Assembly (NCBI GenBank): GCA_963727485.1
Contig: CAVSGM010000011.1
Coordinates: forward strand, 608,001 to 672,000
DNA length: 64,000 bases
Source of the DNA: an uncultured delta proteobacterium
GTDB lineage: Bacteria > Myxococcota > Myxococcia > SLRQ01
Direction of reading: 5' to 3'
Below, piece after piece: positions 31,963 to 41,740 of the stretch. The notes beneath the pieces are model-generated. The model had not been told where the DNA came from and searched no databases. It saw only the letters and a list, made by a program, of their open reading frames with translations. The number at the start of each line of letters is the position of its first letter. Position 1 is the first letter of the stretch. A program made the translations under genes and the position numbers.

Positions 31963-34900
31963 CAGAGGACCTCCTCCAGGGCGTCGTGGAGCCGGGTGGC
32001 CGCTGACGCGTCGAAGTCGAGGGGTGGGATCACCGCGAGGTGCCCGCCGGGGAAGGGACGGAGGACGACCCCGAGCTCGGCGAGGTCGTCGAAGAGCTCC
32101 TCGCCCCGGGCGCCGGCGTGGATCACCCGGTAGAGCCCGAGGCCGTGGACCTCGAGGCCCGCGGCGACGGCGGGCTCGAGGGCCCGGTCGAGCTCGGCCA
32201 CCGCCGCCTCGAGGTCGAGGCGCCGCGCCGCCCGGAGCTGGTGGTGCTCGCGGACCAGCGACAGCTCGTCGCCGTCCCAGGTCGACACCATCGTCAAGGG
32301 CTTCTCCACGAAGAACCCGTCGGACACGTGGAGGTACCCGGTCTGGGCGCCGCCCCACCAGCCGACGATGTCCGGCGCGAAGCCCGCGCTCCCGGCGAAG
32401 GGCCCCACTCCGTTGCGGTAGGCGGCCGTGGTGGTCTCCATGAGCACCACCGGGATCCCCAGCGCCTCGCGGAGCGCCGCCAGCGCCGGCCAGAACGCCT
32501 CGGGCACCACCCGCCCGGTGCGCTCCTGCACCGCCTCCAGGTAGAGCCCCAGCACCTTGTCGGGCCCCCCGGCCGCCGTCACCGCCGCGCGGATGGCCGC
32601 CACCGTGGCCTCGACCCCGGCGACCGCCGGGTGGGGCACCCGCGGCCAGTCGAACCAGGGCGCGCCCTGGACGTGCACCGCCGGATCCGAGAGCGAGCGC
32701 GCCGCCGCCGTGGTGTGCCCGAAGTAGCCGCCCTCGAGGCCGAGGGCCACCTGCCCTGCGGGCCGGTGGTAGCGCAGGATGCGCAGGGACTTGTCCGTGG
32801 CCTCGTCCCGGCTCGAGGTGAGGTAGAGGTGCGGGTGCGCCGGCACCAGGGCCTGCACCCACTCCACCGCCCGGACGATGGCGGGCGTCACGTAGTTGCA
32901 CAGGGTGATCTTGTTCACCGTGGGCCCGAAGAGGCGCCCCTCGGCGGCGGCCTCGCGCAGGTCCACCGGCGGCGTGGCGAAGGGCCGCGAGAGCCCCGAG
33001 GCGAGATCGAGGGTGGGCAGGGCCTCGCCGCCCCGGGGCGTCGGTACCGGCGCCGCCTCCACCCCGGGCGCCGGGGGCCCCAGGGGATCCGGAAGTACAG
33101 CGCCACTCCGTCGGGGCGCCCGTACTGCCCGTGGAGCACCGTGACCAGGTGCGCCCCGTAGCGCCGGTTCAGCCGCCGCATCGCCGGGGTGTGGCCCACC
33201 CGGTTGCGCCCGCTGGAGAAGCGGTAGCGCGGCGTGCCGTCCGGGCGCGTCATGGCCCGGGCGGCCTCGAGCTGCGCCTGCTTGAGGGCGTGCCCGAGCC
33301 CCAGCCCGTGGTAGTCCGGGTCCAGGGTGACCGTGCGCGAGTAGAGGGTGTTCTCCCGGCCGAGCATGGGGTCGGCGTCGGGGCCGGGGACGTCGCCGGC
33401 GAGCTCCAGGGGGATGCCCACCGCGAAGCCCACCATCCGCCAGTCGCCGCCGTCGCGGACCTCGGCGACCACCGGCACCCCCTCGGGGTGCTCGATGGCC
33501 TCCTGGAGACGCGCGGGGGGATCCTGCCGCGCCGGTTCGAAGACCCGGGCCTCGAGGTCCACCAGGGCCTGGAACGCCGCGGACCGCTCGGCGGGATCGA
33601 GGACGCGCACCCGGGTCTCGGGGCCCGTGCGCATCCCGGCCCGGGGCGGCGGATCCTCCCAGGCCGGCGGCGTCTCGCCGGGGTGGGCGTCGAGCCAGGT
33701 CAGCGACGCGTGGATCGCCACGAAGAGGGCGTCGACGTCGGCCTCGGTCCAGGTGGCGTTGAGGCGGTAGCGGGCGGTGCGGTCCCCGGCGGCGAAGACG
33801 ATGGCCCCCCGGTAGAAGCGCTGGGCGATGTACGCGCCCAGGTGGGCCGGCGAGGGGAGGTCGAAGGCCATCGCGAACCCCCGGCACCGGGGGCGCGTGA
33901 CCAGCCCGGGCCACCGCTCGGCGAGGTGGTCGAGGCGGGGCCGGACCATGGCCTCGACGATCTCCGCGTTCTCCGGCGTCGACGCCAGCTCGGCGTGGAG
34001 GCGCCCGCGGATGAGGGACGCCGCCTGGGTGGGCGTCGGCTCCGGGTCCTCGAAGCGGCTGACCACCACCCCCACCTGTGCCCGCTTGGCGAAGACCACC
34101 GCGTCGGGGTGGTCGGGGTTCCCGTCCCGGTCGGCCAGCCCGAAGCGGCTGTGCCAGGCGAAGGGACCGCCGAGGCCGAAGCCCGTCTGCACCTCGTCGA
34201 AGATGAGCGCGACCCGGTGTCGCCGGGTCAGGAGCCGGAGCGCCCGGAAGAAGCGCCCGGAGGCGTAGCGGTCGCCCCCCTCGCTCTGCATCGGCTCGAT
34301 GATGCACGCCAGGTATTCGCCGGTGGCAAGCGCCCGGTCCACCGCCAGCAGGCTCTGGATCTCCGTGGCCAGGAGCGCCGGGTCGCCGTCGGCGCCGTCG
34401 GGGGACGCGGGCCCGTAGCGGTCCGCGAGCTCGGCGAGGCGGCCCTCGGCCACCGCGTCGAGGAAGCCGTCGGGCTCCGCCGGCTCCCGGTCCATGGGCC
34501 GGGTCCACAGGGGGAAGGGCGCAAACGTCGCCTCGTAGCCCTCGAGCTCATACGGGCCCCGCTTCGCCGGGTTCGCCGTGGCGTGGAGCGGCAGGAGGGT
34601 GCGCCCGTGGAAGGCGCCCTCGAAGGCCAGCACCCTCCGGGCCGCCGCCGGGGCCTCCTGGCGGCACAGGGCCAGGGCCTTCTCGTTGGCCTCGGATCCG
34701 CCGCTGGCGAAGGTGACCTCCGGGAGCCCGGGCACCAGCCGGCGCAGGGTCTCGGCGAAGGCCCGGGCCTCGGGGCTGTCGGGATCGGCGGTGTCCGGGT
34801 TTGCGAGCGGCGTCTCCCCGAAGGCCCCCTCGAAGAAGGCGGCGACCACCGCGTCGGCGCCGAAGCCCGCGGGGAGGGTCGCCGTCTGGCTCATCCCGTC

Positions 34901-35185
34901 GAGGACCGAGAGGGGCCTGCGGTCGATGGACACGTACCAGGGCCCGTAGGACCGGAGGTGATCGAAGACCGCCGGCTTCTTCTCCCGGACGATCCCCGCG
35001 GCGTAGAGCCGCTCGAGCCAGGCCTCGCTCTCGGGGAGCCGGCCGCCCTCGGGGAGCCGCAGCCCCAGCGGCCGCGGGCGGTTCACCAGGTCGCGGCCGG
35101 CGTCGCGGCGCTCCTCGTCCCGGTGGCGGGCTTCGAGACGATCCAGGTCGGATCCGGGGAGGGGAGAAGGGGTGCTCTGCGCCAT
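31962..35185 (-). CDS. Fusion of class-III aminotransferase (LAT/GABA-T-like), GNAT and degenerate class-III aminotransferase (-1 frameshift near 33085)
   Basis: N-domain [50 protein letters not shown]-domain [22 protein letters not shown]; one added base joins the frames. Confidence 0.82.
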
Positions 35186-35306
35186 GTCGACCTCGTGAAG
35201 GTGCCTGTAGGTAAACGCACGCTCAGCGGTCGAGTCAATTGATGCACTGCGCCGTGGCGGACCCGTGCGGTGGCCCGATCGGCGGCCCTGTTCTACGCTC
35301 GTGCGC

Positions 35307-36116
35307 ATGACGGAGCATGGGGAAAGAGACGTAAAGATCTGTCTCACCATCGCCGGCACCGACTCCGGGGGCGGCGCGGGGATCGCCGCCGACCTCGCGA
35401 CCTTCGCCGCCCACGGCTGCCATGGCACCCTGGCGGTCACCTGCGTCACCGCCCAGAGCACCCTCCGGGTCGCCGCCGTCCACCCCGTGCCCCCCGGGAT
35501 CGTCGCCGCCCAGATCGACGCGGTCCTCGAGGACCTCCCCGCCGACGCCGTCAAGACCGGGATGCTCTTCGACGCCGGGATCATCGAGGCGGTCGCCGAT
35601 CGCCTGGCGGCCCACGGCGCGGCGCACCTGGTGGTGGACCCGGTCATGGTCGCCTCCACCGGGGCCCGGCTCCTGGAGGCCTCGGCCGTGGCCCTCCTCC
35701 GAGATCGCCTCCTGCCCCTGGCGGAGGTGGTCACCCCGAACCTCCCGGAGACCGAGGCCCTCGCCGGGGGCCCGGTCGCCACCGAGGCCGATCGCCTCGA
35801 GGCGGCGAGGCGGATCCTGGAGCTGGGGCCCCGGTTCGTGGTGGTCAAGGGCGGCCACGGCGAGGGCCCGGCGGTGGACCTGGTGGTGGGCCGGGACGGC
35901 ACCACCGAGCGCCTCGAGGCCCCGCGCCTCGAGACCCGGGCCACCCACGGCACCGGGTGCACCTTCTCGGCGGCCCTCGCCGCCGGGCTCGCCCGGGGAC
36001 GCCCGGTGGCCGAGGCGGCGGCGGAGGCCAAGGCCTACGTCCACCGGGCCATGGAGACCGCCTTCCCCCTCGGCGGCGGCCCCGGGCCCCTGAACCACTT
36101 CCACCGGTGGGGGTGA
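35307..36116 (+). CDS. thiD: Hydroxymethylpyrimidine/phosphomethylpyrimidine kinase
   Basis: TIAGTDSGGGAGIAAD, KTGML, VDPVM, TPNLPE, KGGH, THGTGCT, GPLNH. Confidence 0.95.
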   Translation: MTEHGERDVKICLTIAGTDSGGGAGIAADLATFAAHGCHGTLAVTCVTAQSTLRVAAVHPVPPGIVAAQIDAVLEDLPADAVKTGMLFDAGIIEAVADRLAAHGAAHLVVDPVMVASTGARLLEASAVALLRDRLLPLAEVVTPNLPETEALAGGPVATEADRLEAARRILELGPRFVVVKGGHGEGPAVDLVVGRDGTTERLEAPRLETRATHGTGCTFSAALAAGLARGRPVAEAAAEAKAYVHRAMETAFPLGGGPGPLNHFHRWG

Positions 36117-36162
36117 CGGGGCGGTGGTGGGACGGCGCGCCTCGCGGTAGCATCGACGGTCG

Positions 36163-37524
36163 ATGCGACGACGAGGGCAGGGGGGACGACGGCAGACGGC
36201 GCTGGTGGCGCTCCTCGGCCTGGTGGCACTGGGGGCGGCCCCCTGCGGCGCCGAGAACGTCGACGCCCCCCCGGACCCCCCGGCGCCCAAGGCCACCTGC
36301 CCCTCGCCCCGGACCATCGCGCCCACCTTCTACAGCCTCCTCGACCAGGACGCCTTCGCGGGGCTGGCCGACGTGGTCCACCAGTCGCTGGCCGCCTGTA
36401 CCTACGGAGGCCAGGTGGTCAGCTGCACCGACCCCCGGGCCGAGCCGCCCCCGGCGGGGATCCTCCTCGGCGGGCTCCTCCACGACCTGGGGACCTTCGC
36501 CGACGACCCCCCCGAGGTGACCCCCGGCGCCCGCCCGGGGCAGACCGGCTACTGCGCCGGCCCGGGCGATCCCGTCCCCGACCCGCCCAACCGCCTCTGC
36601 CTCATCCGCCGGTCCCTCCACCGGCTCATCGCCCAGCGCGACCCGAACGGCAAGGTGGTCCTGGTCACCGCCTTCGACGATCTCCAGCCGCTGGTGGCCG
36701 GGATCCTCCGCTACACCGACGGCACCCTCCCCGGGGTCCAGGGCGATCACTACGCCGCGCTCCCGGCCCTGGGCCACGTCATCCGCCGCTGCGACGGCCC
36801 CGAGGTCACCGGCCTCCTCCACGGGGTGCTCACCTGGCTGAAGCCCCCCCACGGCCAGCAGGCCCTGGACGCGGTGGTCACCCTCCTGCGCAACCAGGAC
36901 CTGCAGGCGTTCCTGGGGAACGTCGACGTCCAGAACGACGTGGGGCGCGCCGGGTTCATCGCCCTGCTCAAGGCGGTCATCTCCGCCATCCTCCGGCCCG
37001 ACTTCAAGCCCTCGGACCTCGACGACCTGATGAACCAGATCGTCTACCCCTTCGTCCGGCAGAACTACCCCGACCACGGCCTGGAGGGGGACCTGAAGGC
37101 CGCGGTGGCGGTCCTCGACGGCGTCCTCGACCCGCAGCTCACCCCCAACGTCCTCCACCCGCTGCAGAACGTCCTCTCCTGCACCGAGACCGCCGACAGC
37201 CAGTCGGTGATCCTCGGCGCCGTCTACGACCTGCTCTTCCAGGCCAAGGTGGTCAGCCTCGACGACCTCCTCGACACCCTCTCGAGCCTCCTCGCCCTCG
37301 ACCCGGACGGAAGCCTGCTCCAGGCCGCCGACGTCCTCGACCAGACCGTGGCCTCGGACCCGGACACCCATGACGCCCTCGACCAGGTCCTGGAGGTGAT
37401 GCTCGAGGACCCCAACGCCAGAAAGGTGGTGCCGGTGATGGTCAAGCTCCTGGAGTCGGACGTGGTCAGCGAGGCGGTGGGCCTCGTGGACGTCCTCTTC
37501 GACGGGTGTGGTGGCGCCGGATGA
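36163..37524 (+). CDS. Exported hypothetical helical protein with several Cys
   Basis: N-terminal hydrophobic signal; coding-like codon usage; ATGA overlap with the next gene. Confidence 0.72.
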   Translation: MRRRGQGGRRQTALVALLGLVALGAAPCGAENVDAPPDPPAPKATCPSPRTIAPTFYSLLDQDAFAGLADVVHQSLAACTYGGQVVSCTDPRAEPPPAGILLGGLLHDLGTFADDPPEVTPGARPGQTGYCAGPGDPVPDPPNRLCLIRRSLHRLIAQRDPNGKVVLVTAFDDLQPLVAGILRYTDGTLPGVQGDHYAALPALGHVIRRCDGPEVTGLLHGVLTWLKPPHGQQALDAVVTLLRNQDLQAFLGNVDVQNDVGRAGFIALLKAVISAILRPDFKPSDLDDLMNQIVYPFVRQNYPDHGLEGDLKAAVAVLDGVLDPQLTPNVLHPLQNVLSCTETADSQSVILGAVYDLLFQAKVVSLDDLLDTLSSLLALDPDGSLLQAADVLDQTVASDPDTHDALDQVLEVMLEDPNARKVVPVMVKLLESDVVSEAVGLVDVLFDGCGGAG

Positions 37525-38879
37525 GGCGCGCCCGGCGCCCTCTCCTCCCGCTCGCCCTGGCGGCGCTCCTCCCCGGGGCGGCGCTGGCGAGCCCCCTGAC
37601 CACCTACGGCTTCAACCCCCGGGCCCTGTCCATGGGCGGGGCCCAGACCGCGGCCGCCGACGACGCCACCGCCACCTTCTACAACCCGGCGCTGCTCACC
37701 CGGCAGACCCGGGTGACCTTCGGCTTCGGCATCGAGTACGTGCGCCCCGAGGTCTTCGTGAAGCCGGTGAACACCCGGTTCGCCAAGCAGAACCAGCCGA
37801 GGCTCCCCAGCGACTTCACCCAGTACACCCTGGGCATCCTCTTCCCGCTGGGGGGCAAGGTGAAGAACCGCATCGCCCTGGGCGTGGGGATCTCGCTGCC
37901 CGGGGGCTACGTCGTCCGCGCCCAGTCCGTGGACCCGGCCCAGCCCTACTTCTACGTGCTGTCCACCAGCGCCCAGAAGATCGAGATCCTCCCGGCGTTC
38001 GCGGTGAAGATCACCGACTGGCTCTCCGCCGGGGCCGGGCTCCAGGTCCTGGCGGACCTCGGGGGGATCACCAACGTGCAGCTCGACCTCTTCACCCACC
38101 AGGTGAAGCGCCGGGACATGCAGATCGACCTCACCACCCGGGAGGCGCTCACCGCCGGGCTGTCCTTCGGGCCCTTCAAGGGGCTGATGGTGGGGCTCTC
38201 CTTCCGCCAGGAGCTCGGCCTCGACTACACCGTCCCGGCGAACATCGACCTCACCGACGTGGGCTACCTCGACCTCACCCTCAAGGGCACGGCGGTGTGG
38301 TCGCCCCACGAGGTGAGCCTCGGCGCCGCCTGGGACATCCCCGGGGCGAACACCACGGTGAGCTTCGACATGACCTACGCCTTCTGGAGCCGGGCCCCGA
38401 GCCCCCAGGTGATGGTCCTCCTCGACACCGGCGGGCCGCTCCTCGACGGCTTCGGCCTCGGCCAGGCCTTCGACATGTGCTCGGAGCAGGAGAAGACCGA
38501 TCCCCAGGGCCGGCCGGTGTGCACCCCCATCCCCCCGGGCTTCGTCGACGCCCTCTCGCCCCACTTCGGGGTGGAGCACCGCCTCAACCAGCACGTGGTG
38601 ATCCGCGGGGGCTACTGGTACCGGCCCACGCCCATCCCCAACCAGGTGGGCCGCACCAACTACCTCGACGCCTCCACCCACCACGTGGCGGTGGGCGCCG
38701 GCTTCACCTTCCAGGACCCCCTCGACATCTTCGAGCGGCCGGTCACCTTCGACCTCGCGGCCCAGGCGAGCTTCCTCAACCCGAGGAACGTGGACAAGGG
38801 CTCCGACGGCACCGTGGACTACCGCTTCGGCGGGCAGGTCTACGAGGTCTCGGCGGCGGTGCGCTACCAGTTCAAGTAG
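37521..38879 (+). CDS. FadL/OmpP1-family outer-membrane transporter
   Basis: RALSMGGA, DDATATFYNPA hatch motif, amphipathic beta strands, C-terminal RYQF. Confidence 0.85.
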   Translation: MRRARRPLLPLALAALLPGAALASPLTTYGFNPRALSMGGAQTAAADDATATFYNPALLTRQTRVTFGFGIEYVRPEVFVKPVNTRFAKQNQPRLPSDFTQYTLGILFPLGGKVKNRIALGVGISLPGGYVVRAQSVDPAQPYFYVLSTSAQKIEILPAFAVKITDWLSAGAGLQVLADLGGITNVQLDLFTHQVKRRDMQIDLTTREALTAGLSFGPFKGLMVGLSFRQELGLDYTVPANIDLTDVGYLDLTLKGTAVWSPHEVSLGAAWDIPGANTTVSFDMTYAFWSRAPSPQVMVLLDTGGPLLDGFGLGQAFDMCSEQEKTDPQGRPVCTPIPPGFVDALSPHFGVEHRLNQHVVIRGGYWYRPTPIPNQVGRTNYLDASTHHVAVGAGFTFQDPLDIFERPVTFDLAAQASFLNPRNVDKGSDGTVDYRFGGQVYEVSAAVRYQFK

Positions 38880-38901
38880 GCCGCGGGGTAGCATCGGGCC
38901 G

Positions 38902-40689
38902 ATGCCGGTGCTCCTCGCCGTCGAGGGCCCCAACGCGGGCGTCCGCTACGTCTTCGACTTCGACGCCGAGGCCGGGCGCTCCTCGGCGTGCCGGATCCGC
39001 GTGGTCGACGAGCGGGTGAGCCGGCGCCACGCCCACTTCACCGTGGACGAGGGGGCGGTGCGGGTCTCGGACCTGGGGAGCCGGAACGGGACCTGGGTCA
39101 ACGGCGAGCGCCTCGCCTCGCCCATGACCCTGGCCCCGGGGGATCGGGTGCGGGTGGGGGCGACGCTGCTGGTGTTCGAGCCCACGTTGGACCTGGTGCC
39201 GGCGCGGTTCACCGGCGGGGCCCTGGTGGTGGACGACACCGCGGTGAGCCTCGACGAGGCGGCGGCGGAGACCCCCGCGGCGGTGGCGGCGATCCTCGAG
39301 CTCGCCGGGCGCCTCGCCGAGGCCGGTGACGAGGCGGCGGTCCTCACCGAGGCGGTGGCCTGGACCATGGGGGCGCTGGCCGCCGACGTGGCCTGCGTGG
39401 TCACCGCCGGGACCGGGGGCCGCTTCGCCGTCCCCGGGGCGGTGGCGGGGACCAGGCGGCTGGTGACCAGCCGGGCGCTGCTGGCCGCGGCCCTGGAGGC
39501 GGGCAAGCCGGTGCGCCGGGTGGTGACCCTCGCCCCGGGGGAGGACGACGACGGGGTCGACGGCGACGGGCGCCGGTCGGTCCTGGCGGTCCCGCTCCCG
39601 GGCGCCGGCCGGACCCTGGGCCTCCTCCACCTCGAGCGGCGCCTCGCCGGCCGGCGCCCCTTCGACGACCTCCACCAGCTCCGCCTCGCCGCCGCCGCCG
39701 GGGTGGTGGCCTCGGCCCTGGCCCGGGTCCGCTGCGCCGTTCCCGGGCCCGCCGCCGCCGCCGAGCTGGTGGGCGAGAGCCGGGCCTTCCGGGCCCTGCG
39801 CCGGGCCGCCGAGGCCGCGGCCCCCACCGAGGCCCCCCTCCTCCTCGACGGCGAGTCCGGCACCGGCCGCCACCACCTGGCCCGGTGGCTCCACCGGGCC
39901 TCGCCCCGGGCCGACGGGCCCTTCGTGCGCCTCCCCGCCGGGACCCTCCGGTCGGCCGACCTCGCCGCCGCCCTCTTCGGCGCCGAGACCGCCGACCCGG
40001 AGGGCGCCGAGCGGGTGGCGGTGGGCGCCCTGGAGCGCGCCGACGGCGGGACCCTCTACCTCTCGGACCTCGACCGGCTCCCCTCGCGGCTCCAGGCGCG
40101 CCTGGTCCGGGCGCTGGCCGACGGCAGCTTCACCCGGGAGGGCGGTCGCCAGACCGTCCCCGTGGCCGTGCGCCTGCTGGCCTCCCGGACCCGGGCCCGG
40201 GGTGGCCGGGTGGGCGAGGTCCAGCGGCCCCTGGCCCGGCAGGTCCTCCAGGTGCCCGCGCTGCCGGACCGGGAGGGGGACGTGGCCCTGCTCTTCGACC
40301 ACCTCGCCGAGCGCGCGGGCCGGCACCTCGCCCGGACGCCGCTCACCCTCGGCGCCGAGGGGCGCCGGGCGGCGGAGACCTGGACCTGGCCGGGGAACGT
40401 CGCCGAGCTCGAGCTGGTGGTGCGGCGCCTGGCGCGGATCCGGCCCCCGGGGGCGACCATCGGCCCCGGGGATCTCCCCGGCGCCCTGGGGGCGGTCCCC
40501 GGCGCCGGCCCGGCGACGACCCTCGGCGAGCGGGTGGCCGCCCTCGAGGCCGCGGAGATCACCCGGGTGCTCCGGGAGGAGGCCGGGCACAAGGCGAGGA
40601 CCGCCAGGCGCCTGGGGATCAGCCGGCCGACCCTCGACCGGAAGCTCGCCCTCTACGGGATCCCGGTGGCCCCGGCCCGGGGGGACTGA
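38902..40689 (+). CDS. FHA-GAF-AAA+-Fis HTH regulator (degenerate sigma54 EBP)
   Basis: FHA GRS...VSRRHA...SRNGTWVNG; GESGTGR; WPGNVAEL; TARRLGISRPTLDRKL; no GAFTGA. Confidence 0.88.
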   Translation: MPVLLAVEGPNAGVRYVFDFDAEAGRSSACRIRVVDERVSRRHAHFTVDEGAVRVSDLGSRNGTWVNGERLASPMTLAPGDRVRVGATLLVFEPTLDLVPARFTGGALVVDDTAVSLDEAAAETPAAVAAILELAGRLAEAGDEAAVLTEAVAWTMGALAADVACVVTAGTGGRFAVPGAVAGTRRLVTSRALLAAALEAGKPVRRVVTLAPGEDDDGVDGDGRRSVLAVPLPGAGRTLGLLHLERRLAGRRPFDDLHQLRLAAAAGVVASALARVRCAVPGPAAAAELVGESRAFRALRRAAEAAAPTEAPLLLDGESGTGRHHLARWLHRASPRADGPFVRLPAGTLRSADLAAALFGAETADPEGAERVAVGALERADGGTLYLSDLDRLPSRLQARLVRALADGSFTREGGRQTVPVAVRLLASRTRARGGRVGEVQRPLARQVLQVPALPDREGDVALLFDHLAERAGRHLARTPLTLGAEGRRAAETWTWPGNVAELELVVRRLARIRPPGATIGPGDLPGALGAVPGAGPATTLGERVAALEAAEITRVLREEAGHKARTARRLGISRPTLDRKLALYGIPVAPARGD

Positions 40690-40786
40690 ACCCCGCGAAA
40701 TCCGGGGCCGGCGCACATCCGCGCACTTTCGCTGGAGGCGGATGGTCCGCCCTGGTATCCTCCGCGCCCCGACCGGGATCCCCATC

Positions 40787-41740
40787 ATGAGCGTCGCCGC
40801 CAAGCCCCCGATTCTCCTCGCCCCCGAGGTCCGAGAGGCGCTCCACAAGGAGCACCCGGTGGTCTGCCTCGAGTCCGCGGTGGTCACCCACGGCCTCCCG
40901 CACCCGGCCAACGCCCAGGCGGTGTGGCGGGCGGCGCGGGCGGTGCGCCAGGCCGGCGCCGTCTGCGCCACCGTCGGCGTCCTCGACGGCAAGGTGAAGG
41001 TCGGCCTCTCCGACGACGAGCTGCGCTACCTCGGCGGGGGCAACGCCGAGGTCCGGAAGCTCGGCGTCCGGGACCTCGCCACGGCCATGGTCCGGGGCCA
41101 GAGCGGCGGCACCACCGTGAGCGCCACCCTCTGGGTCGCCTCGCGGATCGGCGCCCGGGTGGTGGCCACCGGCGGCGTCGGCGGCGTCCACCGGGACGCC
41201 CCCTGGGACGTCAGCTCCGACCTCACCGTCCTCTCCCAGGCGCCGGTGGCCCTGGTCTCCGCGGGCCCCAAGGCCATCCTCGATCTGCGCGCCACCCTCG
41301 AGCGCCTCGAGACCCTGGCGGTGCCGGTGGTGGGCCTGGGGACCGACGAGCTCCCGGGCTTCTACTTCAACGACACCGGCATCCCCCTCGACGAGCGCTT
41401 CGACGACGAGGCCGACATCGCCCGGGTCTTCCGGGCCCACCGCGCCCTCGAGCGCAAGGGCGGGCTCCTGGTGACCTGCCCGGTCCCCGAGGCCGCGGCC
41501 CTCACCCGCGCCGAGGTCGAGCCGGTCATCGAGGAGGCCCTCGCCAACGCCCGGGCCGCCGGGGTGCGCGGCAAGGCCCTGACCCCCCGGCTCCTCGAGG
41601 CGCTGCGCGACGCCCTCGGCGAGCGGGTGCTGGCGGCAAACCTCGCCATCCTCGAGGCCAACGCCTCGGCGGCGGCGCGGCTCGCCATCCACACGGTCCG
41701 GGAGGTCCCCGGGACGCCACCGGGGCTGGAGGGCGCTTGA
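40787..41740 (+). CDS. psuG: Pseudouridine-5'-phosphate glycosidase
   Basis: LESAVVTHGLP, GTTVSAT, TGGVGGVHR, DVSSDL, AGPKAILD, GKALTP. Confidence 0.92.
   Translation: MSVAAKPPILLAPEVREALHKEHPVVCLESAVVTHGLPHPANAQAVWRAARAVRQAGAVCATVGVLDGKVKVGLSDDELRYLGGGNAEVRKLGVRDLATAMVRGQSGGTTVSATLWVASRIGARVVATGGVGGVHRDAPWDVSSDLTVLSQAPVALVSAGPKAILDLRATLERLETLAVPVVGLGTDELPGFYFNDTGIPLDERFDDEADIARVFRAHRALERKGGLLVTCPVPEAAALTRAEVEPVIEEALANARAAGVRGKALTPRLLEALRDALGERVLAANLAILEANASAAARLAIHTVREVPGTPPGLEGA

Noticed and set aside
30895..35185. Beta-lactam biosynthetic cluster (LAT-like plus isopenicillin N acyltransferase-like genes)
   Set aside because: No ACV synthetase NRPS or isopenicillin N synthase in the window; both families are widespread outside beta-lactam synthesis.
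35186..35306. TPP riboswitch upstream of thiD
   Set aside because: The conserved CTGAGA core is not seen on the sense strand, and thiD appears leaderless.
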